The notes: generated from the sequence alone by a model not told the origin. A DNA stretch of 32,000 nt from Promethearchaeum syntrophicum (GCF_008000775.2 NZ_CP042905.2:4170001-4202000), one strand, 5' to 3'; shown: positions 1 through 10,500, numbered from the stretch's first letter. Translations and numbers: made by a program.

Positions 1-326
1 ATAAAAGTAATAAATGGGAGGATTGTATGGAATAATATATAAAGTTTCAAATATTTGGAAAAAATATCCTCATTCCAGTGTAGAGCACTATCATGAGCCA
101 TATTTACTGCAAAATATGGAATTCCATGTTCATAATTATTTGCCCACATGGCTATTACTAGCTCGTCATCCTTTACTTTATAAAAATGCTCTTCAGGATC
201 CGGAATATTTGTTTCTTCAAACATATCAATATTTGCATGGGAAGGGCGTTTTTTCAAATATCGATCCAATTTTACATCATAATAGATTTTTAGCAGTTTT
301 TCTTCTGCTTCTTCTTTAGATATCAT
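1..326 (-). CDS. Array paralog E (type I), C-terminus cut by window edge; predicted membrane protein of unknown function
   Basis: Minus-strand reading from 326 gives MISKEEAEEKLLKIYYDVKLDRYLKKRPSHANIDMFEETNIPDPEEHFYKVKDDELVIAMWANNYEHGIPYFAVNMAHDSALHWNEDIF..., clearly homologous to the four following minus-strand ORFs. The 14..319 plus-strand ORF is its antisense. Confidence 0.85.
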   Translation of the reverse strand, partial: MISKEEAEEKLLKIYYDVKLDRYLKKRPSHANIDMFEETNIPDPEEHFYKVKDDELVIAMWANNYEHGIPYFAVNMAHDSALHWNEDIFSKYLKLYILFHTILPFITF

Positions 327-328
327 CT

Positions 329-943
329 CTATGCTCCTTTACTGAATCCCATAACCCAGCTGATAACGAACAAAAAAATAACGAAACCTTGAAGTATAGT
401 AATACCAATCAAATCAGAAAAACGTGATTTTGAATGTTTTTTTATTTCTTCTTCAGGTAAATTTATCCCTGTGTTTTCAAATAACTCTCTAAAACGAATT
501 AAAACACGTTTTTTCCAGTTTATTTTTAATACTATGAAATAAATAATAATTCCTGTCCCCAGTATATTTAAGAGAATTGCTCCAATAAGTGAATAAAGCC
601 TAATAAAACCTACCAAAGTCATAAAAATTAAGGGGATAATCAAATGAGAATTTATATAAAGTTTCATACGTTTTCGCAAAGAATCCTCACGCCAGTACTT
701 TGCACTATCACAAGCCATAATTACAGCAAAAAAGGGAATTCCATGTTCATAGCTATTTGCAAACATTCCAATATTCAAAGTATCATCTTTAATACCAAAC
801 CAATCATCTAAATCATCAGGATCTTTTGTTTCTTCGAAATCGACAATTTTCGCACTGGTAGGATATAAGTCAAAATAGCTATCCAATTTTACATCATAAA
901 AAATTTTTAGCAGTTTTTCTTCTGCTTCCTCTTTTGATACCAT
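329..943 (-). CDS. Array paralog D (type II); predicted membrane protein of unknown function
   Basis: 204 aa; shared N-terminal MxSKEEAEEKLLKIFYDVKLD, ANSYEHGIP motif, two adjacent hydrophobic segments, WKKRVLIRFRELF segment and a C-terminal hydrophobic segment. Confidence 0.88.
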   Translation of the reverse strand: MVSKEEAEEKLLKIFYDVKLDSYFDLYPTSAKIVDFEETKDPDDLDDWFGIKDDTLNIGMFANSYEHGIPFFAVIMACDSAKYWREDSLRKRMKLYINSHLIIPLIFMTLVGFIRLYSLIGAILLNILGTGIIIYFIVLKINWKKRVLIRFRELFENTGINLPEEEIKKHSKSRFSDLIGITILQGFVIFLFVISWVMGFSKGA

Positions 944-975
944 GTAATCAGCTCGTTTGATTTTTATCTATATTT

Positions 976-1581
976 TTATGTGAATATTATTACCCAACTT
1001 AATAAGAGCAAGAAAAATGCAAAACATTGAATGGTATTAAAAGAAGAAAAATCATTGTATAGTCTTTTTGAATATTGTTTGAATTTTTCTTCGGAAATAC
1101 TTATACCGGTGTCATCAAAGAACTCTCTGTATCGGATTAAAACTCGTTTTTTCCAATTATTTTTTAACACAACGAAATAAATTATAACACCAGTTACTAT
1201 CAAGTTTATCAAAATTGCTCCAAAAAGTGATTTAGATTTAATAATATACCCTAAAAAAAAAAAGATTAAAGGTAACAGCATATGGGATATTGTATATATG
1301 ATTAAATATTTGGATAAAGGATCTCCACGCCAAGATTCTGCACTATCAATAGCCATATTAACTGCAAAAAAAGGAATCCCATGTTCATAGCTATTTGCCC
1401 ACATGGCTATTACTAATTCATCATCCTTTACCTTATAAAAATGCTCTAGATGATTAAGATCTTTCGTTTCTTCAAACATGTCAATATTTGCATGGGTAGG
1501 GGTTTTTTTCAAATAACGATCCAATTTTACATCATAAAAAATTTTTAACAGTTTTTCTTCTGCTTCTAATTTAGAAATCAT
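976..1581 (-). CDS. Array paralog C (type I); predicted membrane protein of unknown function
   Basis: 201 aa; same architecture as neighbours; KKTPTHANIDMFEETKD...DDELVIAMWANSYEHGIPFFAVNMA; TATA-like tatataaat upstream at about 1611-1619. Confidence 0.88.
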   Translation of the reverse strand: MISKLEAEEKLLKIFYDVKLDRYLKKTPTHANIDMFEETKDLNHLEHFYKVKDDELVIAMWANSYEHGIPFFAVNMAIDSAESWRGDPLSKYLIIYTISHMLLPLIFFFLGYIIKSKSLFGAILINLIVTGVIIYFVVLKNNWKKRVLIRYREFFDDTGISISEEKFKQYSKRLYNDFSSFNTIQCFAFFLLLLSWVIIFT

Positions 1582-1645
1582 CCTAATAAAAAATAATTAA
1601 GATGTTGGAATATATAAATCATAATAGTACTTGTTCCATATTGAT

Positions 1646-2263
1646 CTATACTCCATTACTGAATCCCAGAGCCAAGCTGATAATTAACAAACAAAAAATA
1701 ACGAACCCTTGAAGGATAGTAATCGCAATTATATCTGGGAAACGTGATTTTGAATATTTTTTTATTTTTTCTTCTGGTAAATAAATACCTGTGTTTCCAA
1801 ATAGTTCTCTAAATCGGATTAAAACACGTTTTTTCCATTTTATTTTCAATATAATGAAATAAATAATTATTCCAATTCCCAGTAAATTTATGAGAATTGC
1901 TCCAATACGAGAATAAAGACTAATAAAACCTACCAAGAATATAAGGATTATTGGAATAATCAAATGAGAATATGCATATAGTTTCATATGTTTAGCCAAA
2001 GGATCCTCGCGCCAGTTTTTTGCACATCCATGAGCCATAATAACAGCAAAATAAGGAATACCATGTTCATAATTATTTGCCCACATGCCTATTAATAACT
2101 TATCATCCTCAATACAATACCAGCTATCAAATTCATCGGAATCCTTTGTTTCTCCGAATTCTTCAATACTAGCACTGGTAGGATATAAGTCGAAATAACT
2201 ATCTAATTTTGCATCGTAATAAATTTTTAGCAGTTTTTCTTCAGCTTCTTCTTTTGATATCAT
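1646..2263 (-). CDS. Array paralog B (type II); predicted membrane protein of unknown function
   Basis: The track ORF extends to 2380, but homology to the other copies begins at MISKEEAEEK (Met40 of the ORF, ATG at 2263); TATA-like aatatataaa at 2291-2300. Confidence 0.85.
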   Translation of the reverse strand: MISKEEAEEKLLKIYYDAKLDSYFDLYPTSASIEEFGETKDSDEFDSWYCIEDDKLLIGMWANNYEHGIPYFAVIMAHGCAKNWREDPLAKHMKLYAYSHLIIPIILIFLVGFISLYSRIGAILINLLGIGIIIYFIILKIKWKKRVLIRFRELFGNTGIYLPEEKIKKYSKSRFPDIIAITILQGFVIFCLLIISLALGFSNGV

Positions 2264-2415
2264 CTGAATAAGAAATAATATGGAGTTTGAAATATATAAA
2301 ATTTTTTTGAATTTAGTATAACATAACTGGATAATATTGAATATTTTAAAAAAAAAAAGTATATATGCTTTGGGAAACAATTAAAAAGAATATGTTCTTA
2401 ACCAGTTGTGCTCCA

Positions 2416-3018
2416 CTATATAAAAACAGCCCAACTCATTATGGAAATAAGAAAAATAATACCTTGCATGAATGATAGCGCCCCACCATCTAGGAAATCC
2501 AATTTCAAATATTTTCTGCTTTTTTCTTCAGATAGAACAATACCAGTATTTTTGAACAGTTCTTTTAATCGGATTAAAGTTCGTTTTTTCCATTTAAATG
2601 CTAAAATAATGAAATAAATCAAAGTACATGATCCCAATATATTTATAATAATCGCTATTGGAGGGAAATCTTGATATGTAAGCAATCCCACGCTCATAGT
2701 TATTATTGGTATTATCAAATGAGATAAAACAAATAGGTTCATATGTTTTGAGAAGAAATCTTTACGGTAGTGTTTTGCACTATCTTTAGCCATCTTTGAA
2801 GCAATATAAGGAATTCCATGTTCATAACTATTTGCCCACATTGCAATTACTAGTTCATCATCCTCTATCTTATAATAATGACCTAAACGATTGGAATTTT
2901 TCGTTTCTTCGAACATGTTTATATTTGTGTGTGTAGGTTTTTTCTTATAATGATGATCCAATTTGACATCATAGAAAATTTTTAACAGTTTTTCTTCAGC
3001 CTCTTCTTTAGATATCAT
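2416..3018 (-). CDS. Array paralog A (type I, most divergent); predicted membrane protein of unknown function
   Basis: 200 aa; MISKEEAEEKLLKIFYDVKLDHHYKKKPTHTNINMFEETKN...DDELVIAMWANSYEHGIPY; TATA-like ttatataaa at about 3039-3047. Confidence 0.87.
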   Translation of the reverse strand: MISKEEAEEKLLKIFYDVKLDHHYKKKPTHTNINMFEETKNSNRLGHYYKIEDDELVIAMWANSYEHGIPYIASKMAKDSAKHYRKDFFSKHMNLFVLSHLIIPIITMSVGLLTYQDFPPIAIIINILGSCTLIYFIILAFKWKKRTLIRLKELFKNTGIVLSEEKSRKYLKLDFLDGGALSFMQGIIFLISIMSWAVFI

Positions 3019-3074
3019 GTGATCAGATTATCCTATATTTATATAAAAAATTATTAGGTGTTTTAGATATATAA

Positions 3075-4082
3075 ATGGTAATGGTTGATCGAAAAAAACT
3101 GGAAGCACTACTTCAATGGATGTTTCAAAGCATTGGTCAAGATTTGGAAGCTTTGGTAATTGTAGATCGGGAAGGTCTTGTAATAACTAGTCTTTTAAAA
3201 GAAGGAATTAATGAAGATGAAGATATTATAGGCGGAATGGCGGCTTTAGTCGAACCGGTTTTAAAGAGAATATCAAATGAATTTAAATCGGGCAGTTTTG
3301 GAACTGGAAGTTTTGATACTGAAAAAAACAGGTTAATTTTTTGCGAGGCGGGTCCCGACTCAATATTGGTGTTAGTCGCAAATGCCTTAGCCAGTCTCGA
3401 CAGACTTTTTCCCTATGCTTACCTATGTGCAGAAAAAATAACTCGTATTTTTGATGGGAGATCAGTTTCTCCAGTTATCCCGAATTTCATGCATGAAAAA
3501 GAAAAATTACATGGTAGTAAAGATATCAGCCAAATTTTAATCGAAGAGGGTTCTTTTGTTCTTAAAACGGTGTTATGTGGTTCGGGCGGTGTTGGGAAAA
3601 CAACTTTAGTAACTCAATTTATCCAATCAACTTTTGAAGCAGATTATAAAAGTACAATTGGGCTTCAAATAATGAAAAAAGCAGTTAATTTTGAACAGTG
3701 GAATACAGAAGTTAAATTCACAATTTTCGATCTCGCAGGACAACAACAATTTGCAAAAGTACGCCAGACTTATTTTCAAGGAGCAAAAGCAGGGTTTCTA
3801 ATTTTTGACGTCACCCGAAGAGAAACCTTTGAGGATATTGAAAATTGGTATAATGAAGCAAGACGTGTCGAATCTGATGTCATGTTGATCTTAGTTGCGA
3901 ATAAGATTGATTTAGAAAATGAGAGAAAAGTTACTGAAGAAGAGGGAAGAGCTTTAGCAGAAAAATTAAAACTCCAGTATCTTGAAACAAGCGCGTTAAA
4001 TAAAGATATTGTAGATGAGGCTTTTAAAACTCTTGCATTTTTATTTATCAGAGAAAATAAGTTAATGAAGGCATTAAATTGA
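3075..4082 (+). CDS. Roadblock/LC7-like domain fused to Ras/Rab-like small GTPase
   Basis: N-terminal about 130 aa roadblock-like (LEALVIVDREGLVITSLL...DEDIIGGMAALVEPVLKR), then G1 GSGGVGKTT, switch I YKSTIG, G3 DLAGQQ, G4 VANKIDL and G5 ETSA. Start could be ATG 3075 or ATG 3081. Confidence 0.92.
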   Translation: MVMVDRKKLEALLQWMFQSIGQDLEALVIVDREGLVITSLLKEGINEDEDIIGGMAALVEPVLKRISNEFKSGSFGTGSFDTEKNRLIFCEAGPDSILVLVANALASLDRLFPYAYLCAEKITRIFDGRSVSPVIPNFMHEKEKLHGSKDISQILIEEGSFVLKTVLCGSGGVGKTTLVTQFIQSTFEADYKSTIGLQIMKKAVNFEQWNTEVKFTIFDLAGQQQFAKVRQTYFQGAKAGFLIFDVTRRETFEDIENWYNEARRVESDVMLILVANKIDLENERKVTEEEGRALAEKLKLQYLETSALNKDIVDEAFKTLAFLFIRENKLMKALN

Positions 4083-4107
4083 AAGAAAATGAAGAGAGAA
4101 ATTATAA

Positions 4108-5130
4108 ATGAGTTTTAAAATAGCATATTTACTACCATATGAAAGCACTCCTCATGTGTATGTTGTTAAATCAGAAGAAACAACAGATCCACAGTATGGA
4201 TGCAAACCCCAAGATCGTTCATTAACAATGCTAATTAAAACAGGTATTGTCAATTTAGATAAACCTTCAGGTCCAACAAGTCATGAGGTGGCTTCTTGGG
4301 TAAAAAAAGTTCTTGGATTGGAAAAAACAGGTCATGGCGGAACATTAGATCCAGGAGTTACAGGAGTATTACCCGTAGCCTTAGGTCCTGCCACAAAAGT
4401 TATAGGAGCTTTATTGAGTGCGGGGAAGGAATATATTTGTGTTATGTATCTCCATGGGGATGTAGAAGAAAAAAAAATCCGTAATGTTTTGAACCTTTTT
4501 ACAACTAATTTATATCAACGTCCTCCAATTAAATCTTCAGTGGCGCGAAGACTTAGAACTCGCAGAATATACTATACCCAATTTATGGAAATGAAGGGAA
4601 GATTTGTTCTTTTTCGTGTTGGATGTGAAGCTGGTACTTACATTCGAAAATTGTGTTTTGATATTGGGGAAGCTCTGTTATGCGGAGCTCACATGTCTGA
4701 ATTACGGCGATCAAGAACGGGTGAATTTCGTGAGGATTCCCTTTGCACCTTACAAGATTTAAACGATGCAATGAAATTATATCAGGAAGAGAGAAATCCC
4801 GAATATCTAAAGAATTTAATAATTCCAATGGAAAAAGCAGTACATCATTGGAAAAAAATATATATTCGCGATTCTGCTGTTGATGCCATAGCTCATGGTG
4901 CAAGTTTAGCAGTAGCGGGAGTCTTATATTTAGAAAAAACTATTGAAAAGGATGAACAAGTAGCAGTTATGACGCAAAAAGGAGAATTGGTTGCTTTTGG
5001 CGTCGCATTGATGAGTTCCGCAAGGATGCTCAAAGTGTTTCATGGATTATGTGTAAGTACAAAGAAAGTTTTTATGGAACGAGGCGTATATCCACACTGG
5101 AAGTCAACACCTAAAGAAATCATACCATAA
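4108..5130 (+). CDS. cbf5: Archaeal Cbf5/TruB-type tRNA/rRNA pseudouridine synthase with PUA domain
   Basis: GIVNLDKPSGPTSHEVASWVKKVLGLEKTGHGGTLDPGVTGVLPVALG catalytic motif; PPIKSSVARRLRTR; C-terminal PUA-like region. Confidence 0.95.
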   Translation: MSFKIAYLLPYESTPHVYVVKSEETTDPQYGCKPQDRSLTMLIKTGIVNLDKPSGPTSHEVASWVKKVLGLEKTGHGGTLDPGVTGVLPVALGPATKVIGALLSAGKEYICVMYLHGDVEEKKIRNVLNLFTTNLYQRPPIKSSVARRLRTRRIYYTQFMEMKGRFVLFRVGCEAGTYIRKLCFDIGEALLCGAHMSELRRSRTGEFREDSLCTLQDLNDAMKLYQEERNPEYLKNLIIPMEKAVHHWKKIYIRDSAVDAIAHGASLAVAGVLYLEKTIEKDEQVAVMTQKGELVAFGVALMSSARMLKVFHGLCVSTKKVFMERGVYPHWKSTPKEIIP

Positions 5131-5146
5131 ATTGGTAGGGAAAAAA

Positions 5147-5860
5147 ATGACTCCACCAAAAAATGAACAGTATTTTAGTAAACGACCGAAATCAGAATTA
5201 AAGGTCCGTAAACTTTTTGAATCCATCCGAAAACACACATTGAATTTACAAACTTCTACTGGAGTTTTTAGTCCAGAAAATGTAGATAAAGGAACTCGAA
5301 TTTTAATTGAAAATCTAATTCTTCCAGAAAGTTATCCCGGAATGAAAATTTTGGAGATTGGCGCCGGTTACGGTCCAATAAGCATTTGGTTAGAAAAAGA
5401 ATATCAATTACAAAATCAAATAAATGATAATACTCCCCCAATTCCTAATATATATGCATCTGAAATCAATGAAAGAGCAGTTTGGCTGCTAAATCGAAAT
5501 ATTATTACTAATAATTGTAAAAATATCACCGTTTTAAAGGGTGATTTTCTGGATCATTTTGAAACTTTAAAAGAAAAAGGTGTTACTTTTCAAGCAATAT
5601 ACACAAATCCTCCGTTGAAAACAGGTCATGCCACCATGCTAGATTTATTTGAGCAAGCAATGGACTTATTGGCACCCAATGGGTTTATTCAATATGTGCA
5701 TATGAAAAAATTAGGCGCACCAGGTTTTCTAAAAAAGTTAAAAATAATTCAACCTGATTGGTTCTTTACTATTGTTCGGAAAAAGGGAGGATATCAAGTA
5801 ATAATCATAAGTCCAACCAAATTTGAAATAGAGTCAAAGCCTTCTACAGGTTATTTTTAA
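5147..5860 (+). CDS. Class I SAM-dependent methyltransferase, RsmC/COG2813-like
   Basis: GMKILEIGAGYGPISIWLEKEY motif I and YTNPPLKTG (NPPF/L type) motif. The track starts at TTG 5132; ATG 5147 preceded by ggtaggg is more likely. Confidence 0.85.
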   Translation: MTPPKNEQYFSKRPKSELKVRKLFESIRKHTLNLQTSTGVFSPENVDKGTRILIENLILPESYPGMKILEIGAGYGPISIWLEKEYQLQNQINDNTPPIPNIYASEINERAVWLLNRNIITNNCKNITVLKGDFLDHFETLKEKGVTFQAIYTNPPLKTGHATMLDLFEQAMDLLAPNGFIQYVHMKKLGAPGFLKKLKIIQPDWFFTIVRKKGGYQVIIISPTKFEIESKPSTGYF

Positions 5861-5884
5861 ATTTGGGTTTTTCTGAGAAAAATT

Positions 5885-7141
5885 CTACTTATCATTTGGG
5901 AAGATTTTTACAAGATAGAGAAGTTCTAAGGGAATTAATAAAAGGGTGATTATAAATGGAGCGATGTAGTGAACTTTTGCAATAATTAATCCTGAAATCA
6001 GCCCCATTGGCATAAATCCTAATGCCAAGATCAAATTCATTATCCCATAATATTCAGTGGGTTTTTTTTTATCTAGATTGGAAAGTAGAGCCATTTGAGC
6101 AGGTAAAAATACTGAAACTACAATTCCGAGTACAAAATGAGCTGCATATAAGAAAGGCATAAGATATTGATCTCTAAAAACCCAGCCGAGTAAAGCAAAT
6201 CCAAATATTACAAATCCTAAGGAATCTCCTAAGAACAAACTCCATTTTTTCCCTATTTTATCCACCAAATGTCCACAGGGAATTTGAAAAATCATATTCG
6301 AAATATTAAATATTATGATAATGACCCCAATCTGTTCTTTGGTTAAACTATAATTCGCTACTAAAGCCCCAGTATATATTGATAATGAAATGCCCCATAT
6401 CATTGAATCTACTAAAAAAAAAATAATTATTCTACGATTTTTTGGATTTTTAAAAATAGTTATCCAAGAAGATTCTGATTTCAAATCTTTTTTTACTGTT
6501 TCTTCTGATAGAACAGATTCTACGTCTTTGGATTGGAATGGTTGGGCAGATTTTTCTTCTTTAAGGAAGAAAAATTGAATAAAGATTTGGAGAATAATAA
6601 TGCCTGCAAATATACCAAAGTAAAATTGAGCAGGTTTTCCCAAATAAGTCACCATCAAATTTCCTCCTATGCTTCCCGCAAAATATCCAAAAAACATAAG
6701 ACTAAACATTAAACCATGTTTCTTGTCTTCACTATTCTCTCTAGTAAAAATTTGTTTTGGTGGATCTCTTATCCCATAACCAAGAAAAATAAGAGTAATA
6801 CCACTAATGATTAACACTAATTCTTGAAAAATTACAATTATTATGAGTCCAACTACAATCATGGATAAACCAATAAGGATTAATGATTTTCGCCCATGTT
6901 TATCTGCAATTTTTCCCGACAATTGCATTGGGAGAAGCTGCATAAGCATTCCAAATGTAGCTAGATAACCAAGAATAACCTCAGATTGCGTAATTTCATA
7001 TAAATACGGTTGATATACAACATTAAACATGCTAAAGCCAAAACCATGAATAATATTTGTAATAAATATGGTATATAAATTCTTTTTTTTAAATTGTTGA
7101 AGTTTTAAATGATCTGAATTAGTAGGCACGGGAGATCTCAT
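5885..7141 (-). CDS. Major facilitator superfamily transporter
   Basis: 418 aa, about 12 hydrophobic segments, GKIADKHGRKSLILIGL and GHLVDKIGKKWSLFLGD MFS loop motifs. Confidence 0.88.
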   Translation of the reverse strand: MRSPVPTNSDHLKLQQFKKKNLYTIFITNIIHGFGFSMFNVVYQPYLYEITQSEVILGYLATFGMLMQLLPMQLSGKIADKHGRKSLILIGLSMIVVGLIIIVIFQELVLIISGITLIFLGYGIRDPPKQIFTRENSEDKKHGLMFSLMFFGYFAGSIGGNLMVTYLGKPAQFYFGIFAGIIILQIFIQFFFLKEEKSAQPFQSKDVESVLSEETVKKDLKSESSWITIFKNPKNRRIIIFFLVDSMIWGISLSIYTGALVANYSLTKEQIGVIIIIFNISNMIFQIPCGHLVDKIGKKWSLFLGDSLGFVIFGFALLGWVFRDQYLMPFLYAAHFVLGIVVSVFLPAQMALLSNLDKKKPTEYYGIMNLILALGFMPMGLISGLIIAKVHYIAPFIITLLLIPLELLYLVKIFPNDK

Positions 7142-7306
7142 GTATTATCTAAACTGATAAGGTTAACGCGTCTCATAAACTCTTTTATTTTCGATCAGCT
7201 TATGTAATCGAAAAATTTTTTTAATATGTTGATTTCAAATGACTGTGCACAGAATTAACTTCTTATTAGTTGATTCTAAAAAAAAACTTATTTTCTCCCA
7301 AAAGAG

Positions 7307-7591
7307 TTGAATTCATCTTTGGTTACTACTAAAAAAACAAAAAAAATTGACGTATTGGCTCATGTAAGTGTTCCCTTTCATACCATACTCACAAAAAAAG
7401 AGACTACCCAGCTGTTAAAAGATTATTCTATTCGATTAGTGAATCTCCCCAGAATGTTCACGGATGATCCGGCAGCTTTGTCACTTGGCGCTTGCGAAGG
7501 AGATGTTCTTAAAATTATCCGTAAATCATCTACGACAGTTGATACAATTGAAACTTATCGATTTTGTGTTAAACGGAGGACAGACAAATGA
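7307..7591 (+). CDS. rpoH: DNA-directed RNA polymerase subunit H (Rpb5-like C-terminal domain)
   Basis: DVLAHVSVPFHTILTKKETTQLLKDYSI...LPRMFTDDPAALSLGACEGDVLKIIRKS; overlaps rpoB start by ATGA; TTG start. Confidence 0.95.
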   Translation: MNSSLVTTKKTKKIDVLAHVSVPFHTILTKKETTQLLKDYSIRLVNLPRMFTDDPAALSLGACEGDVLKIIRKSSTTVDTIETYRFCVKRRTDK

Positions 7592-10500
7592 CAATCGCTG
7601 CAAATAAAATTAATAGTGGAATTAAATCAGAAGATATGTGGGTTCTTTTAAGCGCATATTTCAAAGAAATAGGGTTAGTTCGTCAGCATTTGGACTCATT
7701 TGACGTGTTTCTAGAAGACACACTTCAACAGATCTGCGATGAAACTAAAAAAATCATCCCTGATATCCCCGATTTTTATATTATTTTTGGAAAAATCACA
7801 GTAGAAAGCCCAGCAGTACGTGAAGCAGATGGGGCTACTAAAACTATCACACCTCTTGAAGCTCGTATACGAGAACTTACTTATGCTAGTAAAATATTTC
7901 TGGAAATGACTCCTGTAACGGTTGATGAACGTACTCAACGAGCTAATTATAACGAAACCATCAAAACATACATTGGAAAACTCCCAATTATGTTGAAATC
8001 ATCCAAATGCTCATTACAAACGCTTTCACCTGAAGAACTGATTAATATCGGTGAAGATCCTCTTGATCCTGGTGGTTATTTCATAATCAATGGAACCGAA
8101 CGTGCTTTAGTTACGCAAGAAGATTTAGCTCCCAATAGGATCTTAATTGAAGAAGCAAGCCGAAGTTCATCAGCAACTCATATAGCAAAAGTATTTTCCA
8201 CAACCCATGGATTTAGAGCACCAGTTACTATTGAAAGACGAAAAGATGGAAACATTCGTGTTGCATTACCTTCAGTTCCTGGAAAAATCCCAATTGCGAT
8301 CTTAATGCGCGCATTGGGTTTAGCTTCAGATAAACGTATTTTTGAAGCAATTAGTGATAATCCAGAAATTCAGAAAGAATTAATTCCAATTATAGATGTC
8401 GCTTCTGCGATAGATATTTCATCCGATCAACAAAAATCCATGATGAATGCATTGGATTATGTTGGAAAACGTGTTGCGGTTGGACAAACAAGAGAATATC
8501 GTATCAAAAGAGCACAACAAGTGTTAGATCGATATTTATTACCTCATATTGGATATGAAAAAGAAGACCGAATTAAAAAAGCATATTTCCTCGGTCAAAT
8601 GACACAAAAAGTATTAGAATTAGCACTTGAAATTCGAAGACCTGATGATAAAGACCATTACTCGAATAAACGATTAAAACTCGCCGGAGATTTGTTCACT
8701 TCTCTTTTCCGAGTATCTTTCCTCAATTTAACCCGAGATATTAAGTACCAATTAGAAAGAACTGCTGTAAGGGGTCGAAAACCTAATATTAAAACCGCCG
8801 TTCGAGCAGATGTTATTACTGAACGAATCAGACATGCATTAGCCACAGGAAATTGGGTTGGTGGAAAAGCAGGCGTATCACAATTATTAGATCGAACCAA
8901 TTTCATCTCAACTTTAAGCCATTTACGGCGAATTATTTCTCCACTTAGCAGAAGTCAACCTCATTTTGAAGCTCGAGATTTACATCCTACTCAATGGGGA
9001 AAAATATGCCCTGCAGAGACTCCAGAAGGGCCTAATTGTGGTTTAGTAAAAAATCTTGCTCTAACTGCTTTGATATCAGTTGGAACCAACGAAAAACGAA
9101 TTGAAACTGCATTATATGATTTAGGCGTAATTCCATTAGAAGAAGTAGAAGAAGTTAGCGGTAAAGCCAAAATATTTCTGAATGGAAAATTACTCGGAGT
9201 TCATCCGAATTACATTCCCCTATTAGAAACAATCAGAATGAAAAGACGCAGAGGAGATCTCAATGCAAACGTAAATTTAGCCTTTTATCACGATTCAAAC
9301 GAAATTCAAATTAACTGTGATGCAGGACGCGCCAGAAGACCTCTATTAGTAGTCCAAAATGGTAAAATCTTATTAACTATTGAAGACGTTGATAAAATCC
9401 GAAAGGGATTAAGTACCTGGAACGACCTTATTGCGCGCGGTATCATTGAATATTTCGATGCAGAAGAAGAAGAAAATGCACTTATTGCAATAAACGAAAG
9501 AGATATCACACTAGAACATACTCATCTTGAAATTGCACCTGCTGCAATTTTAGGAATTACAGCATCTCTTATTCCTTTCCCAGATCACAATCAAAGTCCT
9601 CGAAATACTTATGAAGCAGGAATGGCCAAGCAAGCCCTTGGGATTTTTGCTGCAAACTTTCATTTACGACTTGATACTCGCGGTCATCTATTACATTATC
9701 CGCAAAAACCACTGGTAAGCACTCGAGCTATGGAGATTGTTGGTTTTGATACTCGCCCAGCAGGACAAAATTTCGTTTTAGGAATTATGTCTTTTCAAGG
9801 ATTTAACATTGAAGATGCCCTCATTATGAATAAAGCTTCAGTAGAGCGTGGACTTTCACGAAGCACCTTCTTCCGAACTTATGAAGGTGAAGAAAGGAAA
9901 TATCCGGGCGGACAACTCGATAAATTCGAAATTCCCGAAAAAGAAGTACGAGGATATCGTGCCTCAGAAGCTTATCGTCATTTAGCTTACGACGGAGTTA
10001 TCGAACCAGAAACCGAATGCTTAGGAGGGGATGTATTAATTGGAAGAACCAGCCCACCTAGATTCACACACCCTTACGATGATTTCGATGATATGAGTCA
10101 ACCTCAGCGAAGAGAAACATCTATCAATATGCGACATAGTGAAAAAGGAATAGTAGATACTGTAATACTTACTGAAACTTTAGATGGAAATAAATTAATT
10201 AAAATAAAAGTTCGCGATTTACGAATTCCAGAATTAGGTGATAAATTTGCATCACGCCACGGACAAAAAGGAGTACTTGGATTAATCTGTCCTCAAGAAG
10301 ATATGCCATTTTCAGCAGAAGGTATTGTTCCAGATTTAGTTATCAACCCTCATGCTATTCCTTCCCGTATGACTTTAGGGCAGATGTTTGAAGGTTGTGC
10401 AGGAAAAATTGCAGCTGCAGTTGGTCATGTAGCTAACGGAACACCTTTTGAAATGGAAGATATGGATGAATTGCAACTACAATTAGTCGAAAATGGATTT

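Noticed and set aside
14-319. Plus-strand ORF of 101 aa
   Set aside because: Antisense to array paralog E, whose minus-strand translation is clearly homologous to the four neighbouring copies.
2408-2617. Plus-strand 69-aa ORF
   Set aside because: Antisense to the C-terminal coding region of paralog A; no independent support.
4296-4903. ORFs 4296..4484 (+) and 4583..4903 (-)
   Set aside because: Both lie inside cbf5, in an alternative frame or antisense; cbf5 is unambiguous.
7711-9509. Minus-strand ORFs at 7711..7938, 8658..8906 and 9306..9509
   Set aside because: Antisense shadows of rpoB.
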